Numbered from the stretch's first letter, positions 1 to 12,922 are shown. The stretch: DNA of 64,000 nt from Escherichia coli (GCF_003334405.1 NZ_QOWM01000001.1); one strand, 5' to 3'. A program made the numbers and translations. The notes: generated by a model not told the origin, from the sequence alone.

Positions 1-719
1 AAATCGTTGCCGATAATATTCACGGTGAAACCGGACTGGATGGCCCGGTATTCGAGCCGCTGACCCGCCAGGCAGAAAGCACTCATGCGGTGAAATATAT
101 CATTGATACCCTGATGGCAAGCGATGGCGATATCACTCTGGTGCCGGTTGGTCCGCTTTCAAATATCGCGGTGGCAATGCGTATGCAACCCGCGATCCTG
201 CCCAAAATCCGTGAAATTGTGCTAATGGGCGGCGCTTACGGTACAGGCAACTTCACGCCATCTGCCGAGTTCAACATCTTTGCCGACCCGGAAGCCGCAC
301 GCGTAGTGTTCACCTCCGGCGTTCCATTAGTGATGATGGGCCTCGATCTCACCAACCAGACCGTTTGCACCCCGGACGTGATTGCTCGGATGGAAAGGGC
401 AGGCGGCCCCGCCGGAGAGCTGTTCAGCGACATCATGAACTTCACTCTCAAAACGCAGTTCGAAAACTACGGCCTTGCTGGCGGCCCGGTGCACGACGCC
501 ACCTGCATCGGTTATCTGATTAACCCTGATGGCATTAAAACCCAGGAGATGTACGTCGAAGTGGACGTCAACAGTGGCCCTTGCTATGGGCGTACCGTCT
601 GCGACGAGCTGGGCGTTCTTGGCAAGCCCGCCAATACCAAAGTCGGCATCACTATTGATACAGACTGGTTCTGGGGATTAGTCGAAGAGTGCGTGCGCGG
701 CTACATCAAAACCCATTAA
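1..719 (+). CDS. rihB: pyrimidine-specific ribonucleoside hydrolase RihB (YeiK), 3' portion; 5' end lies upstream of the window
   Basis: ORF 90..719 continues in frame to the window start ([20 protein letters not shown]...); nucleoside hydrolase sequence recognised from memory. Confidence 0.85.
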   Translation, partial: IVADNIHGETGLDGPVFEPLTRQAESTHAVKYIIDTLMASDGDITLVPVGPLSNIAVAMRMQPAILPKIREIVLMGGAYGTGNFTPSAEFNIFADPEAARVVFTSGVPLVMMGLDLTNQTVCTPDVIARMERAGGPAGELFSDIMNFTLKTQFENYGLAGGPVHDATCIGYLINPDGIKTQEMYVEVDVNSGPCYGRTVCDELGVLGKPANTKVGITIDTDWFWGLVEECVRGYIKTH

Positions 720-818
720 GTGTTGATAACAAGCCGGGCCGGTATCGCAAGATGCAGGCCTGGCTATTTCTGATGGGCAGAAAGCCGTCGCCCAATATGA
801 CATGAAGAGATAATCACT

Positions 819-2138
819 ATGGATGTCATGAGAAGTGTTCTGGGAATGGTGGTATTGCTGACGATTGCGTTTTTACTGTCAGTAAACAAGAAGAAGATCA
901 GCCTGCGTACCGTTGGCGCGGCGTTAGTGTTACAGGTCGTGATTGGCGGCATTATGCTTTGGTTACCGCCAGGGCGTTGGGTCGCTGAAAAAGTCGCTTT
1001 TGGCGTGCATAAAGTGATGGCGTACAGCGACGCGGGTAGCGCATTTATCTTCGGTTCTCTGGTCGGACCGAAAATGGATACCTTATTTGATGGTGCAGGA
1101 TTTATCTTTGGTTTCAGGGTGTTACCGGCAATTATCTTCGTCACCGCGCTGGTGAGTATTCTCTACTACATCGGTGTGATGGGGATTTTAATTCGAATTC
1201 TCGGCGGTATCTTCCAGAAAGCATTAAATATCAGCAAGATCGAGTCATTCGTCGCGGTCACCACCATTTTCCTCGGGCAAAACGAAATTCCGGCAATCGT
1301 CAAACCCTTTATCGATCGTCTGAATCGCAATGAATTATTTACAGCGATTTGTAGTGGCATGGCCTCGATTGCTGGTTCGACAATGATTGGTTACGCCGCA
1401 CTGGGCGTGCCTGTGGAATATCTGCTGGCGGCATCATTAATGGCGATCCCTGGCGGGATCTTGTTTGCCCGCCTGTTAAGCCCGGCAACGGAATCTTCGC
1501 AGGTTTCCTTTAATAACCTCTCTTTCACCGAAACACCGCCAAAAAGCATTATTGAAGCCGCTGCGACAGGGGCAATGACCGGGCTGAAAATCGCCGCAGG
1601 TGTGGCAACAGTGGTGATGGCATTTGTTGCAATAATTGCGTTGATTAACGGTATTATCGGCGGCGTTGGTGGCTGGTTTGGTTTTGAACATGCCTCGCTG
1701 GAGTCCATTTTAGGTTACCTGCTGGCTCCACTGGCGTGGGTGATGGGTGTGGACTGGAGTGATGCGAATCTTGCCGGGAGTTTGATTGGACAGAAACTGG
1801 CAATAAATGAATTTGTCGCTTATCTCAATTTCTCACCCTATCTGCAAACGGCTGGCACTCTCGATGCTAAAACTGTGGCGATTATTTCCTTCGCGTTGTG
1901 CGGTTTCGCTAACTTTGGTTCTATCGGGGTGGTGGTGGGGGCGTTTTCTGCGGTTGCGCCACACCGTGCGCCGGAAATCGCCCAGCTTGGTTTACGGGCG
2001 CTGTCGCGGAAACTGTATCCTTCAAGAAAGCTATATACCAGGCCCGCCATAAAACCATCGTCAGCACCAAAACTGTCTACTGTCGTATGCGCTGGCGCGG
2101 TCAGCAAAAATTGTTCTCCATCCTTTTCGCTGCAATAA
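819..2138 (+). CDS. nupX: NupC-family concentrative nucleoside transporter NupX (YeiJ); C-terminal ~45 aa atypical
   Basis: 439-aa ORF with CNT/NupC-like membrane protein sequence; the tail after the conserved LGLRAL motif is hydrophilic and overlaps yeiI on the opposite strand. Confidence 0.75.
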   Translation: MDVMRSVLGMVVLLTIAFLLSVNKKKISLRTVGAALVLQVVIGGIMLWLPPGRWVAEKVAFGVHKVMAYSDAGSAFIFGSLVGPKMDTLFDGAGFIFGFRVLPAIIFVTALVSILYYIGVMGILIRILGGIFQKALNISKIESFVAVTTIFLGQNEIPAIVKPFIDRLNRNELFTAICSGMASIAGSTMIGYAALGVPVEYLLAASLMAIPGGILFARLLSPATESSQVSFNNLSFTETPPKSIIEAAATGAMTGLKIAAGVATVVMAFVAIIALINGIIGGVGGWFGFEHASLESILGYLLAPLAWVMGVDWSDANLAGSLIGQKLAINEFVAYLNFSPYLQTAGTLDAKTVAIISFALCGFANFGSIGVVVGAFSAVAPHRAPEIAQLGLRALSRKLYPSRKLYTRPAIKPSSAPKLSTVVCAGAVSKNCSPSFSLQ

Positions 2139-2983
2139 ACTGACTCATCGGGCAAATAAACAAACAGTTGCTGAACACCTTGCTGATGCAATGCATTCAC
2201 TGCGGTATTACGGTCAGCATCGCTGGTGATCGCCTGTCCCCATAAAATTTCCAGCTCCGGTAAAGTGGGTTTCAGGGTGTGAATATGCGCCAGCCAGTGT
2301 TTGATTTTGCCCGCTTTGAATTCTGAAACGGTATCGACAAACACCGGGATTTCATCAGCGAGGGTAAAGACCCATTCCAGCGCCTCGGCTGTCAGGTTGC
2401 AATCAGCCAGTACCACGCCCGCATGACGAAGTAAATCGCGCGACCCGTTCAGTAGTTGCGGTGTCAACTGTTCCAGCAGATGGGTATCGTTAATCGCCAG
2501 CACGGTTTGATCGTCTCGATTGGCAATTGCCAGATACGTCGATGTGCTTTGACCATGCAAACGAACGCAGCCGGAGACATTCACGCCGGCACGGCGCGTT
2601 TCTTCCAGGAGCATTTCGCCATAAAAGTCATCGCCAATCACTGAAAGCAAATGGACGTCACGGCCTAACAGCGCCAGATTGTGGGCGATGTTGCGTCCCA
2701 CGCCGCCCGCTGAGCAATGAATTGTACCGGGATGAGAAGCCGATTGCGGGTAACGGATATCCGCCATCCCGCGAATATCCATATTGATTGTCCCCACCAC
2801 TACGCAGTATTCCTGCTCGGTGAGAATGTAACCTTTGCCTTTAATCCGGCCTTTGCGCATTAAATCCATAATATGCGCCGCAACGCGCGAACGGCTGATT
2901 TGCAGCATGTCCGCAATTTCGTTCTGCTGAATCAGCGGGTTACGCCGTAAAATTGCAAGGATCTCCTTTTCCCGGTTATTCAT
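1838..2983 (-). CDS. yeiI: ribokinase-family sugar kinase with N-terminal HTH (YeiI)
   Basis: 381-aa ORF; N-terminal HTH-like segment, ribokinase-type motif VDSFGADDGFMAGL near the C-terminus. Confidence 0.8.
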   Translation of the reverse strand: MNNREKEILAILRRNPLIQQNEIADMLQISRSRVAAHIMDLMRKGRIKGKGYILTEQEYCVVVGTINMDIRGMADIRYPQSASHPGTIHCSAGGVGRNIAHNLALLGRDVHLLSVIGDDFYGEMLLEETRRAGVNVSGCVRLHGQSTSTYLAIANRDDQTVLAINDTHLLEQLTPQLLNGSRDLLRHAGVVLADCNLTAEALEWVFTLADEIPVFVDTVSEFKAGKIKHWLAHIHTLKPTLPELEILWGQAITSDADRNTAVNALHQQGVQQLFVYLPDESVYCSEKDGEQFLLTAPAHTTVDSFGADDGFMAGLVYSFLEGYSFRDSARKPSWAISGARCGATAENAPTTTPIEPKLAKPHNAKEIIATVLASRVPAVCR

Positions 2984-2985
2984 CT

Positions 2986-3843
2986 TCAGGCTACCGCTTT
3001 TTCAGTTTGTTGCGCTTTCAGCCAGGCGATCTCTTCTGCCCAGATATCCGGGTTGATGGTTTCGAGGATCAGCGGAATGCCGTCGAAACGGTCGTCCTGC
3101 ATGATCCAGCGGAACGCATCATGACCGATATTGCCTTCACCGAGGCTATGATGGCGGTCAACGCGGCTGCCAAAGGTGCTTTTCGCATCGTTAAGGTGCA
3201 TCCCGCGCAGATACTTAAAGCCGACAGTACGGGCAAAATGCGCGAATGTTTTCTCGCATTCGGCTGGAGTACGCAAATCATACCCGGCAGCGAAAGCATG
3301 GCAGGTATCAATGCAGACGCCGACGCGGGATTTATCTTCCACGCCGTCGATAATCGCCGCGAGATGTTCGAATTTAAACCCTAAGTTACTGCCCTGACCG
3401 GCGGTGTTTTCTATCACCGCTGTCACACCTTGAGTTTTATCCAGCGCAATGTTGATGGATTCGGCAATACGCGCAAGGCAATCCTCTTCTGAAATCTGCA
3501 TCAGATGGCTGCCAGGGTGGAAGTTGAGCAAAGAAAGCCCCAGCTGTTCGCAACGCTGCATTTCATCTATAAAGGCATCGCGCGATTTTTCCAGAGCTTC
3601 AGTGACCGGATGTCCGAGGTTAATCAGATAACTGTCGTGGGGAAGAATTTGCGCCGATGTGTAGTGATATTTTTCACAGGCGGCTTTGAATTCATCGATG
3701 GTTTGCGTCGTGAGCGGTGCGGCACGCCACTGACGTTGGTTTTTGGTGAACAAGGCAAACGCGGTTGCGTCGATTTCGGCGGCGCGAATTGCGGCATTTG
3801 CCAGACCGCCAGCAGCACTAACGTGCGCTCCAATGTATTTCAT
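2986..3843 (-). CDS. nfo: endonuclease IV (AP endonuclease)
   Basis: 285-aa [16 protein letters not shown]..., length and sequence match Nfo. Confidence 0.95.
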   Translation of the reverse strand: MKYIGAHVSAAGGLANAAIRAAEIDATAFALFTKNQRQWRAAPLTTQTIDEFKAACEKYHYTSAQILPHDSYLINLGHPVTEALEKSRDAFIDEMQRCEQLGLSLLNFHPGSHLMQISEEDCLARIAESINIALDKTQGVTAVIENTAGQGSNLGFKFEHLAAIIDGVEDKSRVGVCIDTCHAFAAGYDLRTPAECEKTFAHFARTVGFKYLRGMHLNDAKSTFGSRVDRHHSLGEGNIGHDAFRWIMQDDRFDGIPLILETINPDIWAEEIAWLKAQQTEKAVA

Positions 3844-3916
3844 GCGAGGACTCCTGTTAAACCCGCTGGAGGAAAACGGTAATGATAGCGGGTTAACAGG
3901 AGCAAGATGTAGTGGT

Positions 3917-4966
3917 TTATGCGATGACGCTTTGAATCACATAGTTAATCGCACCACCACCAACAATCAGCCAGGCAAACAGTACCAGTGCCATCAGCAG
4001 AGGTTTCGCCCCAGCTTTTTTCAGCGCGCTGACGTGAGTGGTCAGACCCAGCGCCGCCATCGCCATTGCCAGCAGGAAGGTATCCAGCGTTACCAGCATG
4101 TTCACCACGCTCTGCGGTAACAGGTGGAACGAGTTAAAGATGGCAACTACGATGAACAAGATGGCAAACCACGGAATAGTGATTTTGCTTTTCTCGCCGC
4201 TGTTCGCCCCAGACAGCTGTTTAACACGCGCCGCCAGCAGGATGAGGAACGGAGCCAGCATCATCACGCGCAGCATTTTGGAAATAACTGCTGCGTTTTC
4301 CGCATCCGGGCTGATGGCATGACCTGCCGCCACCACCTGCGCCACTTCGTGCACAGTAGAACCAATGTAGATACCGAAAGTTTCCGGACTAAACCATTGA
4401 GACATCAGCGGATATATCGCCGGGTAGAGGAAAATCGCGACGGTCCCGAAGATAACAACGGTTGCAACAGCCACGGTTACTTTACTGGCTTCCGCTTTCA
4501 CTACCGGCTCAGTCGCCAGTACCGCGGCAGCACCACAGATACTGCTACCGGCACCGATCAACCAGCTGGTGTGCTTATCCAGACCAAACACTTTCTGCCC
4601 CAGGAAGCAAGCCAGCAGGAAGGTACTGGACAGCGTCAACACGTCAATGATGATCCCACTGATACCGACATCGGCAATTTGCGAGAACGTCAGACGGAAG
4701 CCATAAAGAATGATACCCAGACGTAATAAATATTGCTTGGCAAACAGCACACCACCGTCACAGCTTTTCCAGATGTGCGGATAGATGGTGTTGCCTAAAA
4801 CCATCCCCAACAAGATTGCGAGGGTGAGGGCACTAAACCCGGCACCCGCAACCGCGGGAATGGAACCACCCCACAGGGCGACCCCGGTGATAACTGCACT
4901 CAGGGCTAACCCCGGAATAAAATGCCACAGTGTACGATGTTGTTTCTGTAAGGTGATATTCGTCAT
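3917..4966 (-). CDS. yeiH: UPF0324 inner membrane protein YeiH
   Basis: 349-aa hydrophobic ORF divergent from the LysR regulator yeiE. Confidence 0.85.
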   Translation of the reverse strand: MTNITLQKQHRTLWHFIPGLALSAVITGVALWGGSIPAVAGAGFSALTLAILLGMVLGNTIYPHIWKSCDGGVLFAKQYLLRLGIILYGFRLTFSQIADVGISGIIIDVLTLSSTFLLACFLGQKVFGLDKHTSWLIGAGSSICGAAAVLATEPVVKAEASKVTVAVATVVIFGTVAIFLYPAIYPLMSQWFSPETFGIYIGSTVHEVAQVVAAGHAISPDAENAAVISKMLRVMMLAPFLILLAARVKQLSGANSGEKSKITIPWFAILFIVVAIFNSFHLLPQSVVNMLVTLDTFLLAMAMAALGLTTHVSALKKAGAKPLLMALVLFAWLIVGGGAINYVIQSVIA

Positions 4967-5064
4967 AACCCTCTCCTTTAACCGGGCATAAGGTTACGAC
5001 TAACTGGTTTAAAAATAAAATTGATTATATATTTATAATTAATCTTTATAAGTGGTAAGCGACT

Positions 5065-5946
5065 ATGCACATCACCCTCCGGCAGTTGGAAGTTTTTGCA
5101 GAAGTATTGAAAAGTGGATCAACCACCCAGGCGTCGGTGATGCTGGCGTTGTCGCAATCAGCAGTGAGCGCAGCCTTGACCGACCTGGAAGGGCAGCTTG
5201 GCGTGCAACTGTTTGATCGCGTGGGGAAAAGACTGGTTGTTAATGAACACGGGCGGCTGCTCTATCCGCGTGCGTTGGCATTGCTTGAACAGGCGGTTGA
5301 AATCGAACAACTGTTTCGCGAAGACAACGGCGCGATTCGTATCTATGCCAGTAGTACCATCGGTAACTACATTCTGCCTGCAGTTATCGCCCGTTATCGC
5401 CATGATTATCCGCAGTTGCCGATTGAACTTAGCGTTGGGAATAGCCAGGACGTGATGCAAGCGGTGCTGGATTTCCGCGTTGATATTGGCTTTATTGAAG
5501 GACCGTGCCACAGCACTGAAATCATTTCTGAACCGTGGCTGGAAGACGAGCTGGTGGTTTTCGCCGCGCCGACTTCGCCGTTGGCCCGTGGTCCGGTCAC
5601 CTTAGAACAGCTGGCCGCTGCGCCGTGGATCCTGCGTGAACGCGGTTCCGGCACGCGGGAGATTGTCGATTATCTGTTGCTGTCACATTTACCGAAGTTT
5701 GAGATGGCGATGGAATTAGGTAACTCCGAGGCAATCAAACATGCGGTGCGTCATGGGTTGGGAATTAGTTGCCTGTCGCGACGTGTGATTGAAGATCAAT
5801 TGCAGGCAGGCACATTAAGTGAAGTTGCGGTCCCTCTGCCGCGCCTGATGCGTACGTTGTGGCGTATACATCATCGGCAAAAACACCTTTCCAACGCGCT
5901 ACGGCGCTTTCTGGACTATTGCGATCCCGCAAATGTGCCGCGTTAA
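5065..5946 (+). CDS. yeiE: LysR-family transcriptional regulator YeiE
   Basis: 293-aa ORF with N-terminal HTH ([14 protein letters not shown]...) and LysR substrate-binding domain. Confidence 0.9.
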
Positions 5947-6150
5947 GTTGCTGTACAAGAACATGCTGGTGCTGTGTCGATTTCGTGACGCAGCGCCTTC
6001 AGCATGCATTCGCCAGAAAAGAGATTGGCTGCTTTACTTATAATCCCTGGGCGATCATGAAGGTGTCTTATAACCGTGTATTTCTGCCGGAAGGATTGCC
6101 AATCGTCTGCTACAATCGCGCCTCATTTTTAAGATGGATAGCATTTTTGT

Positions 6151-7620
6151 ATGGTTTCCGAAACTAAAACCACAGAAGCGCCGGGCTTACGCCGTGAATT
6201 AAAGGCGCGTCACCTGACGATGATTGCCATTGGCGGTTCCATCGGTACAGGTCTTTTTGTTGCCTCTGGCGCAACGATTTCTCAGGCAGGTCCGGGCGGG
6301 GCATTGCTCTCGTATATGCTGATTGGCCTGATGGTTTACTTCCTGATGACCAGTCTCGGTGAACTGGCTGCATATATGCCGGTTTCCGGTTCGTTTGCCA
6401 CTTACGGTCAGAACTATGTTGAAGAAGGCTTTGGCTTCGCGCTGGGCTGGAACTACTGGTACAACTGGGCGGTGACTATCGCCGTTGACCTGGTTGCAGC
6501 TCAGCTGGTCATGAGCTGGTGGTTCCCGGATACACCGGGCTGGATCTGGAGTGCGTTGTTCCTCGGCGTTATCTTCCTGCTGAACTACATCTCAGTTCGT
6601 GGCTTTGGTGAAGCGGAATACTGGTTCTCACTGATCAAAGTCACGACAGTTATTGTCTTTATCATCGTTGGCGTGCTGATGATTATCGGTATCTTCAAAG
6701 GCGCGCAGCCTGCGGGCTGGAGCAACTGGACAATCGGCGAAGCGCCGTTTGCTGGTGGTTTTGCGGCGATGATCGGCGTAGCTATGATTGTCGGCTTCTC
6801 TTTCCAGGGAACCGAGCTGATCGGTATTGCTGCAGGCGAGTCCGAAGATCCGGCGAAAAACATTCCACGCGCGGTACGTCAGGTGTTCTGGCGAATCCTG
6901 TTGTTCTATGTGTTCGCGATCCTGATTATCAGCCTGATTATTCCGTACACCGATCCGAGCCTGCTGCGTAACGATGTTAAAGACATCAGCGTTAGTCCGT
7001 TCACCCTGGTGTTCCAGCACGCGGGTCTGCTCTCTGCGGCGGCGGTGATGAACGCAGTTATTCTGACGGCGGTGCTGTCAGCGGGTAACTCCGGTATGTA
7101 TGCGTCTACTCGTATGCTGTACACCCTGGCGTGTGACGGTAAAGCGCCGCGCATTTTCGCTAAACTGTCGCGTGGTGGCGTGCCGCGTAATGCGCTGTAT
7201 GCGACGACGGTGATTGCCGGTCTGTGCTTCCTGACCTCCATGTTTGGCAACCAGACGGTATACCTGTGGCTGCTGAACACCTCCGGGATGACGGGTTTTA
7301 TCGCCTGGCTGGGGATTGCCATTAGCCACTATCGCTTCCGTCGCGGTTACGTATTGCAGGGACACGACATTAACGATCTGCCGTACCGTTCAGGTTTCTT
7401 CCCACTGGGGCCGATCTTCGCATTCATTCTGTGTCTGATTATCACTTTGGGCCAGAACTACGAAGCGTTCCTGAAAGATACTATTGACTGGGGCGGCGTA
7501 GCGGCAACGTATATTGGTATCCCGCTGTTCCTGATTATTTGGTTCGGCTACAAGCTGATTAAAGGAACTCACTTCGTACGCTACAGCGAAATGAAGTTCC
7601 CGCAGAACGATAAGAAATAA
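6151..7620 (+). CDS. lysP: lysine-specific permease LysP (APC family)
   Basis: 489-aa ORF MVSETKTTEAPGLRRELKARHLTMIAIGG... Confidence 0.95.
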   Translation: MVSETKTTEAPGLRRELKARHLTMIAIGGSIGTGLFVASGATISQAGPGGALLSYMLIGLMVYFLMTSLGELAAYMPVSGSFATYGQNYVEEGFGFALGWNYWYNWAVTIAVDLVAAQLVMSWWFPDTPGWIWSALFLGVIFLLNYISVRGFGEAEYWFSLIKVTTVIVFIIVGVLMIIGIFKGAQPAGWSNWTIGEAPFAGGFAAMIGVAMIVGFSFQGTELIGIAAGESEDPAKNIPRAVRQVFWRILLFYVFAILIISLIIPYTDPSLLRNDVKDISVSPFTLVFQHAGLLSAAAVMNAVILTAVLSAGNSGMYASTRMLYTLACDGKAPRIFAKLSRGGVPRNALYATTVIAGLCFLTSMFGNQTVYLWLLNTSGMTGFIAWLGIAISHYRFRRGYVLQGHDINDLPYRSGFFPLGPIFAFILCLIITLGQNYEAFLKDTIDWGGVAATYIGIPLFLIIWFGYKLIKGTHFVRYSEMKFPQNDKK

Positions 7621-7641
7621 GTTTCCTCCCTTCCTTGCTAA

Positions 7642-7667
7642 GCCCTCTCAACCGAGAGGGCTTTTTC
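7642..7667 (+). terminator. Rho-independent terminator of lysP
   Basis: hairpin gccctctc-aacc-gagagggc followed by ttttt immediately after the lysP stop. Confidence 0.7.
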
Positions 7668-7718
7668 AATTCCATTTCCCTGACAAATCATGCGGATATA
7701 AAATTTAACATTTGGATT

Positions 7719-7743
7719 GATAATTGTTATCGTTTGCATTATC
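7719..7743 (+). promoter_or_regulatory. putative Fur box in the cirA promoter region
   Basis: gataattgttatcgtttgcattatc resembles the Fur consensus GATAATGATAATCATTATC, about 170-195 nt upstream of the cirA ATG. Confidence 0.5.
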
Positions 7744-7913
7744 GTTACGCCGCAATCAAAAAAGGCTGACAAATCAGAGGCTGTTCCGGCTTTCTGGGAT
7801 GATCACCTGCATAAAAAATAAGTCCACCGCGATGCTGCCGTACGCAAGGGGACGTGAAGAAGATGTGAGCGATAACCCATTTTATTTTCGTAGTTACCTC
7901 ATGGAGATATGGA

Positions 7914-9905
7914 ATGTTTAGGTTGAACCCTTTCGTACGGGTCGGGCTGTGTTTGTCCGCTATTTCTTGTGCATGGCCTGTGTTAGCGGTCGATGATGAT
8001 GGCGAAACGATGGTTGTCACTGCATCTTCCGTGGAACAAAATCTTAAAGATGCACCTGCCAGTATCAGCGTCATTACCCAGGAAGACCTGCAGCGAAAAC
8101 CGGTACAGAATCTGAAGGATGTCCTCAAAGAAGTGCCTGGCGTACAACTGACGAACGAAGGGGATAACCGTAAGGGCGTTAGTATTCGTGGTCTGGACAG
8201 CAGCTATACCCTGATTCTCGTCGACGGTAAACGCGTGAACTCCCGCAATGCCGTCTTCCGCCACAATGATTTCGATCTGAACTGGATCCCGGTCGATTCC
8301 ATCGAACGTATTGAAGTGGTCCGTGGCCCGATGTCGTCGCTGTACGGTTCCGATGCGCTCGGCGGTGTAGTGAATATCATCACCAAAAAAATCGGTCAGA
8401 AATGGTCGGGTACCGTTACCGTCGATACCACCATTCAGGAACATCGCGATCGCGGTGACACCTATAACGGTCAGTTCTTTACCAGTGGACCATTAATTGA
8501 TGGTGTGCTGGGAATGAAAGCTTACGGCAGCCTGGCAAAACGTGAAAAGGATGACCCGCAAAACTCAACGACCACCGATACCGGAGAAACGCCGCGTATT
8601 GAAGGATTCTCCAGCCGCGACGGCAATGTCGAATTTGCCTGGACACCGAATCAAAATCACGATTTTACTGCCGGATACGGTTTCGACCGTCAGGATCGTG
8701 ATTCCGACTCGCTGGACAAAAACCGCCTGGAACGCCAGAACTACTCCGTCAGCCATAATGGGTGTTGGGATTACGGCACCAGCGAACTGAAATACTACGG
8801 TGAGAAAGTCGAGAACAAAAACCCTGGCAACAGCAGCCCGATAACTTCCGAAAGCAATACGGTCGACGGCAAATACACGTTGCCGCTGACGGCGATTAAT
8901 CAGTTTCTCACGGTTGGCGGTGAATGGCGTCACGACAAACTTAGCGATGCGGTGAACCTGACCGGGGGAACCAGCTCCAAAACGTCTGCCAGCCAGTACG
9001 CGCTGTTTGTGGAAGATGAATGGCGGATCTTCGAGCCGCTGGCGCTGACGACCGGCGTGCGTATGGACGATCACGAAACCTACGGTGAACACTGGAGTCC
9101 GCGTGCCTACCTGGTTTATAACGCCACCGACACCGTAACGGTGAAAGGGGGCTGGGCGACGGCATTTAAAGCACCTTCTCTGTTGCAACTTAGCCCTGAC
9201 TGGACGAGCAATTCCTGCCGTGGCGCATGTAAGATTGTGGGTAGCCCGGATCTGAAACCAGAAACCAGCGAAAGTTGGGAGCTGGGGCTTTACTACATGG
9301 GTGAAGAAGGCTGGCTGGAAGGGGTTGAATCCAGCGTTACCGTTTTCCGTAACGATGTGAAAGATCGTATCAGCATCAGCCGTACGTCTGACGTCAACGC
9401 TGCACCGGGCTACCAAAACTTTGTTGGTTTTGAGACGGGCGCTAACGGACGGCGCATACCGGTATTTAGCTACTACAACGTTAACAAAGCTCGTATTCAG
9501 GGCGTGGAAACCGAACTGAAAATTCCGTTCAACGATGAATGGAAACTGTCGATCAACTACACCTACAACGATGGTCGTGATGTCAGCAACGGCGAAAACA
9601 AACCGCTATCCGATCTGCCGTTCCATACTGCTAACGGTACGCTGGACTGGAAACCGCTGGCGCTGGAAGACTGGTCATTCTATGTTTCTGGGCACTATAC
9701 CGGGCAGAAACGCGCCGACAGCGCGACGGCTAAAACACCGGGCGGTTATACCATCTGGAATACCGGCGCGGCCTGGCAGGTGACTAAAGACGTCAAACTG
9801 CGCGCAGGCGTGCTGAACCTTGGCGACAAGGATCTCAGTCGTGACGACTACAGCTATAACGAAGACGGACGTCGTTACTTTATGGCAGTGGATTATCGCT
9901 TCTGA
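7914..9905 (+). CDS. cirA: TonB-dependent catecholate siderophore / colicin I receptor CirA
   Basis: 663-aa ORF with signal peptide and TonB-dependent receptor sequence. Confidence 0.95.
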   Translation: MFRLNPFVRVGLCLSAISCAWPVLAVDDDGETMVVTASSVEQNLKDAPASISVITQEDLQRKPVQNLKDVLKEVPGVQLTNEGDNRKGVSIRGLDSSYTLILVDGKRVNSRNAVFRHNDFDLNWIPVDSIERIEVVRGPMSSLYGSDALGGVVNIITKKIGQKWSGTVTVDTTIQEHRDRGDTYNGQFFTSGPLIDGVLGMKAYGSLAKREKDDPQNSTTTDTGETPRIEGFSSRDGNVEFAWTPNQNHDFTAGYGFDRQDRDSDSLDKNRLERQNYSVSHNGCWDYGTSELKYYGEKVENKNPGNSSPITSESNTVDGKYTLPLTAINQFLTVGGEWRHDKLSDAVNLTGGTSSKTSASQYALFVEDEWRIFEPLALTTGVRMDDHETYGEHWSPRAYLVYNATDTVTVKGGWATAFKAPSLLQLSPDWTSNSCRGACKIVGSPDLKPETSESWELGLYYMGEEGWLEGVESSVTVFRNDVKDRISISRTSDVNAAPGYQNFVGFETGANGRRIPVFSYYNVNKARIQGVETELKIPFNDEWKLSINYTYNDGRDVSNGENKPLSDLPFHTANGTLDWKPLALEDWSFYVSGHYTGQKRADSATAKTPGGYTIWNTGAAWQVTKDVKLRAGVLNLGDKDLSRDDYSYNEDGRRYFMAVDYRF

Positions 9906-9936
9906 TGAGAAGATGCCCGGCGAACCGGGCGGACTT

Positions 9937-10806
<870 letters not shown>

Positions 10807-11030
10807 TCATCATACCGTTTATTCAATGTGCTGTGAGTAACTTTCACTTCCGTATTTGCATAACGATGTTTTAACATCTGCTGATGAAAGGCAGCGGCAA
10901 TTACAATAATTATCGCTGTGAATACTGGATTATGTGCGCCGCCTCACGCACAATAATCAGGCTGTAAATCAGCTTAATAACTTTGCCCCCACGCAGGGCG
11001 GAGGCGTCACACCTGCAGGAGAAATCATAA

Positions 11031-11699
11031 ATGCCATCACTCAGTAAAGAAGCGGCCCTGGTTCATGAAGCGTTAGTTGCGCGAGGACTGGAAACACCGC
11101 TGCGCCCGCCCGTGCATGAAATGGATAACGAAACGCGCAAAAGCCTTATTGCTGGTCATATGACCGAAATCATGCAGCTGCTGAATCTCGACCTGGCTGA
11201 TGACAGTTTGATGGAAACGCCGCATCGCATCGCTAAAATGTATGTCGATGAAATTTTCTCCGGTCTGGATTACGCCAATTTCCCGAAAATCACCCTCATT
11301 GAAAACAAAATGAAGGTCGATGAAATGGTCACCGTGCGCGATATCACTCTGACCAGCACCTGTGAACACCATTTTGTTACCATCGATGGCAAAGCGACGG
11401 TGGCCTATATCCCGAAAGATTCGGTGATCGGTCTGTCAAAAATTAACCGCATTGTGCAGTTCTTTGCCCAGCGTCCGCAGGTGCAGGAACGTCTGACGCA
11501 GCAAATTCTTATTGCGCTACAAACGCTGCTGGGCACCAATAACGTGGCTGTCTCGATCGACGCGGTGCATTACTGCGTGAAGGCGCGTGGCATCCGCGAT
11601 GCAACCAGTGCCACGACAACGACCTCTCTTGGTGGATTGTTCAAATCCAGTCAGAATACGCGCCACGAGTTTCTGCGCGCTGTGCGTCATCACAACTGA
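11031..11699 (+). CDS. folE: GTP cyclohydrolase I
   Basis: 222-aa [26 protein letters not shown]... Confidence 0.95.
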
Positions 11700-11715
11700 T
11701 TAAAAGGCAGGAACC

Positions 11716-12873
11716 ATGGAGCGCAACGTCACGCTCGATTTTGTTCGCGGCGTCGCCATTCTGGGGATCCTGCTATTAAACATCAGCGCCTTTGGGCTAC
11801 CAAAGGCGGCTTATCTCAATCCCGCCTGGTACGGTGCTATTACGCCGCGGGATGCATGGACTTGGGCATTTCTTGATCTCATCGGCCAGGTGAAATTCCT
11901 CACGCTTTTTGCGCTACTGTTTGGTGCGGGCCTGCAAATGTTGCTGCCCCGTGGCAGACGCTGGATCCAGTCGCGGTTAACGCTGTTAGTCTTGTTGGGC
12001 TTTATTCACGGTTTATTGTTCTGGGACGGCGATATTTTGCTGGCTTACGGGCTGGTGGGCTTAATCTGCTGGCGGCTGGTGCGCGATGCGCCATCGGTAA
12101 AAAGCCTGTTTAATACAGGCGTCATGCTTTATCTGGTGGGGCTTGGCGTTTTGCTGTTATTGGGGCTGATTTCCGACAGCCAGACCAGCCGCGCCTGGAC
12201 GCCGGATGCATCGGCTATTTTGTATGAAAAATACTGGAAGCTTCACGGCGGCGTTGAAGCGATCAGTTATCGTGCCGATGGTGTTGGCAACAGTTTACTG
12301 GCACTGGGCGCACAGTATGGCTGGCAACTGGCAGGGATGATGCTCATTGGTGCGGCGCTGATGCGCAGCGGCTGGCTGAAAGGGCAGTTCAGCTTACGTC
12401 ACTATCGTCGTACTGGTTTTGTGCTGGTGGCGATTGGGGTGACCATTAACCTTCCTGCCATCGCCCTGCAATGGCAGCTGGACTGGGCGTATCGCTGGTG
12501 TGCCTTCTTACTTCAAATGCCGCGGGAACTGAGTGCGCCGTTTCAGGCGATTGGCTATGCGTCGCTGTTTTATGGCTTCTGGCCGCAATTGAGCCGCTTT
12601 AAGCTGGTGCTTGCGATCGCCTGCGTCGGACGGATGGCGCTGACCAACTATCTATTGCAAACGCTGATTTGTACCACGCTTTTTTACCACCTCGGTTTGT
12701 TTATGCATTTTGACCGCCTGGAGCTGCTGGCGTTTGTTATTCCGGTATGGCTGGCGAATATCCTCTTCTCTGTTATCTGGCTGCGTTACTTCCGCCAGGG
12801 GCCGGTGGAATGGCTCTGGCGTCAGTTAACTTTGCGTGCTGCCGGACCGGCAATATCTAAAACATCAAGATAA
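11716..12873 (+). CDS. yeiB: DUF418-type inner membrane protein YeiB
   Basis: 385-aa multi-TM ORF 16 nt downstream of folE (likely co-transcribed). Confidence 0.85.
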   Translation: MERNVTLDFVRGVAILGILLLNISAFGLPKAAYLNPAWYGAITPRDAWTWAFLDLIGQVKFLTLFALLFGAGLQMLLPRGRRWIQSRLTLLVLLGFIHGLLFWDGDILLAYGLVGLICWRLVRDAPSVKSLFNTGVMLYLVGLGVLLLLGLISDSQTSRAWTPDASAILYEKYWKLHGGVEAISYRADGVGNSLLALGAQYGWQLAGMMLIGAALMRSGWLKGQFSLRHYRRTGFVLVAIGVTINLPAIALQWQLDWAYRWCAFLLQMPRELSAPFQAIGYASLFYGFWPQLSRFKLVLAIACVGRMALTNYLLQTLICTTLFYHLGLFMHFDRLELLAFVIPVWLANILFSVIWLRYFRQGPVEWLWRQLTLRAAGPAISKTSR

Positions 12874-12922
12874 CGATCTGGATCACATTCGTTAACAAAA
12901 CGGCTGTAACCGTTTCCATTGC

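Noticed and set aside
7724-7921. 65-aa ORF with a TTG start in the cirA leader
   Set aside because: It overlaps the Fur-box region and the cirA start codon, and has no RBS or recognisable sequence features. Likely non-coding leader.
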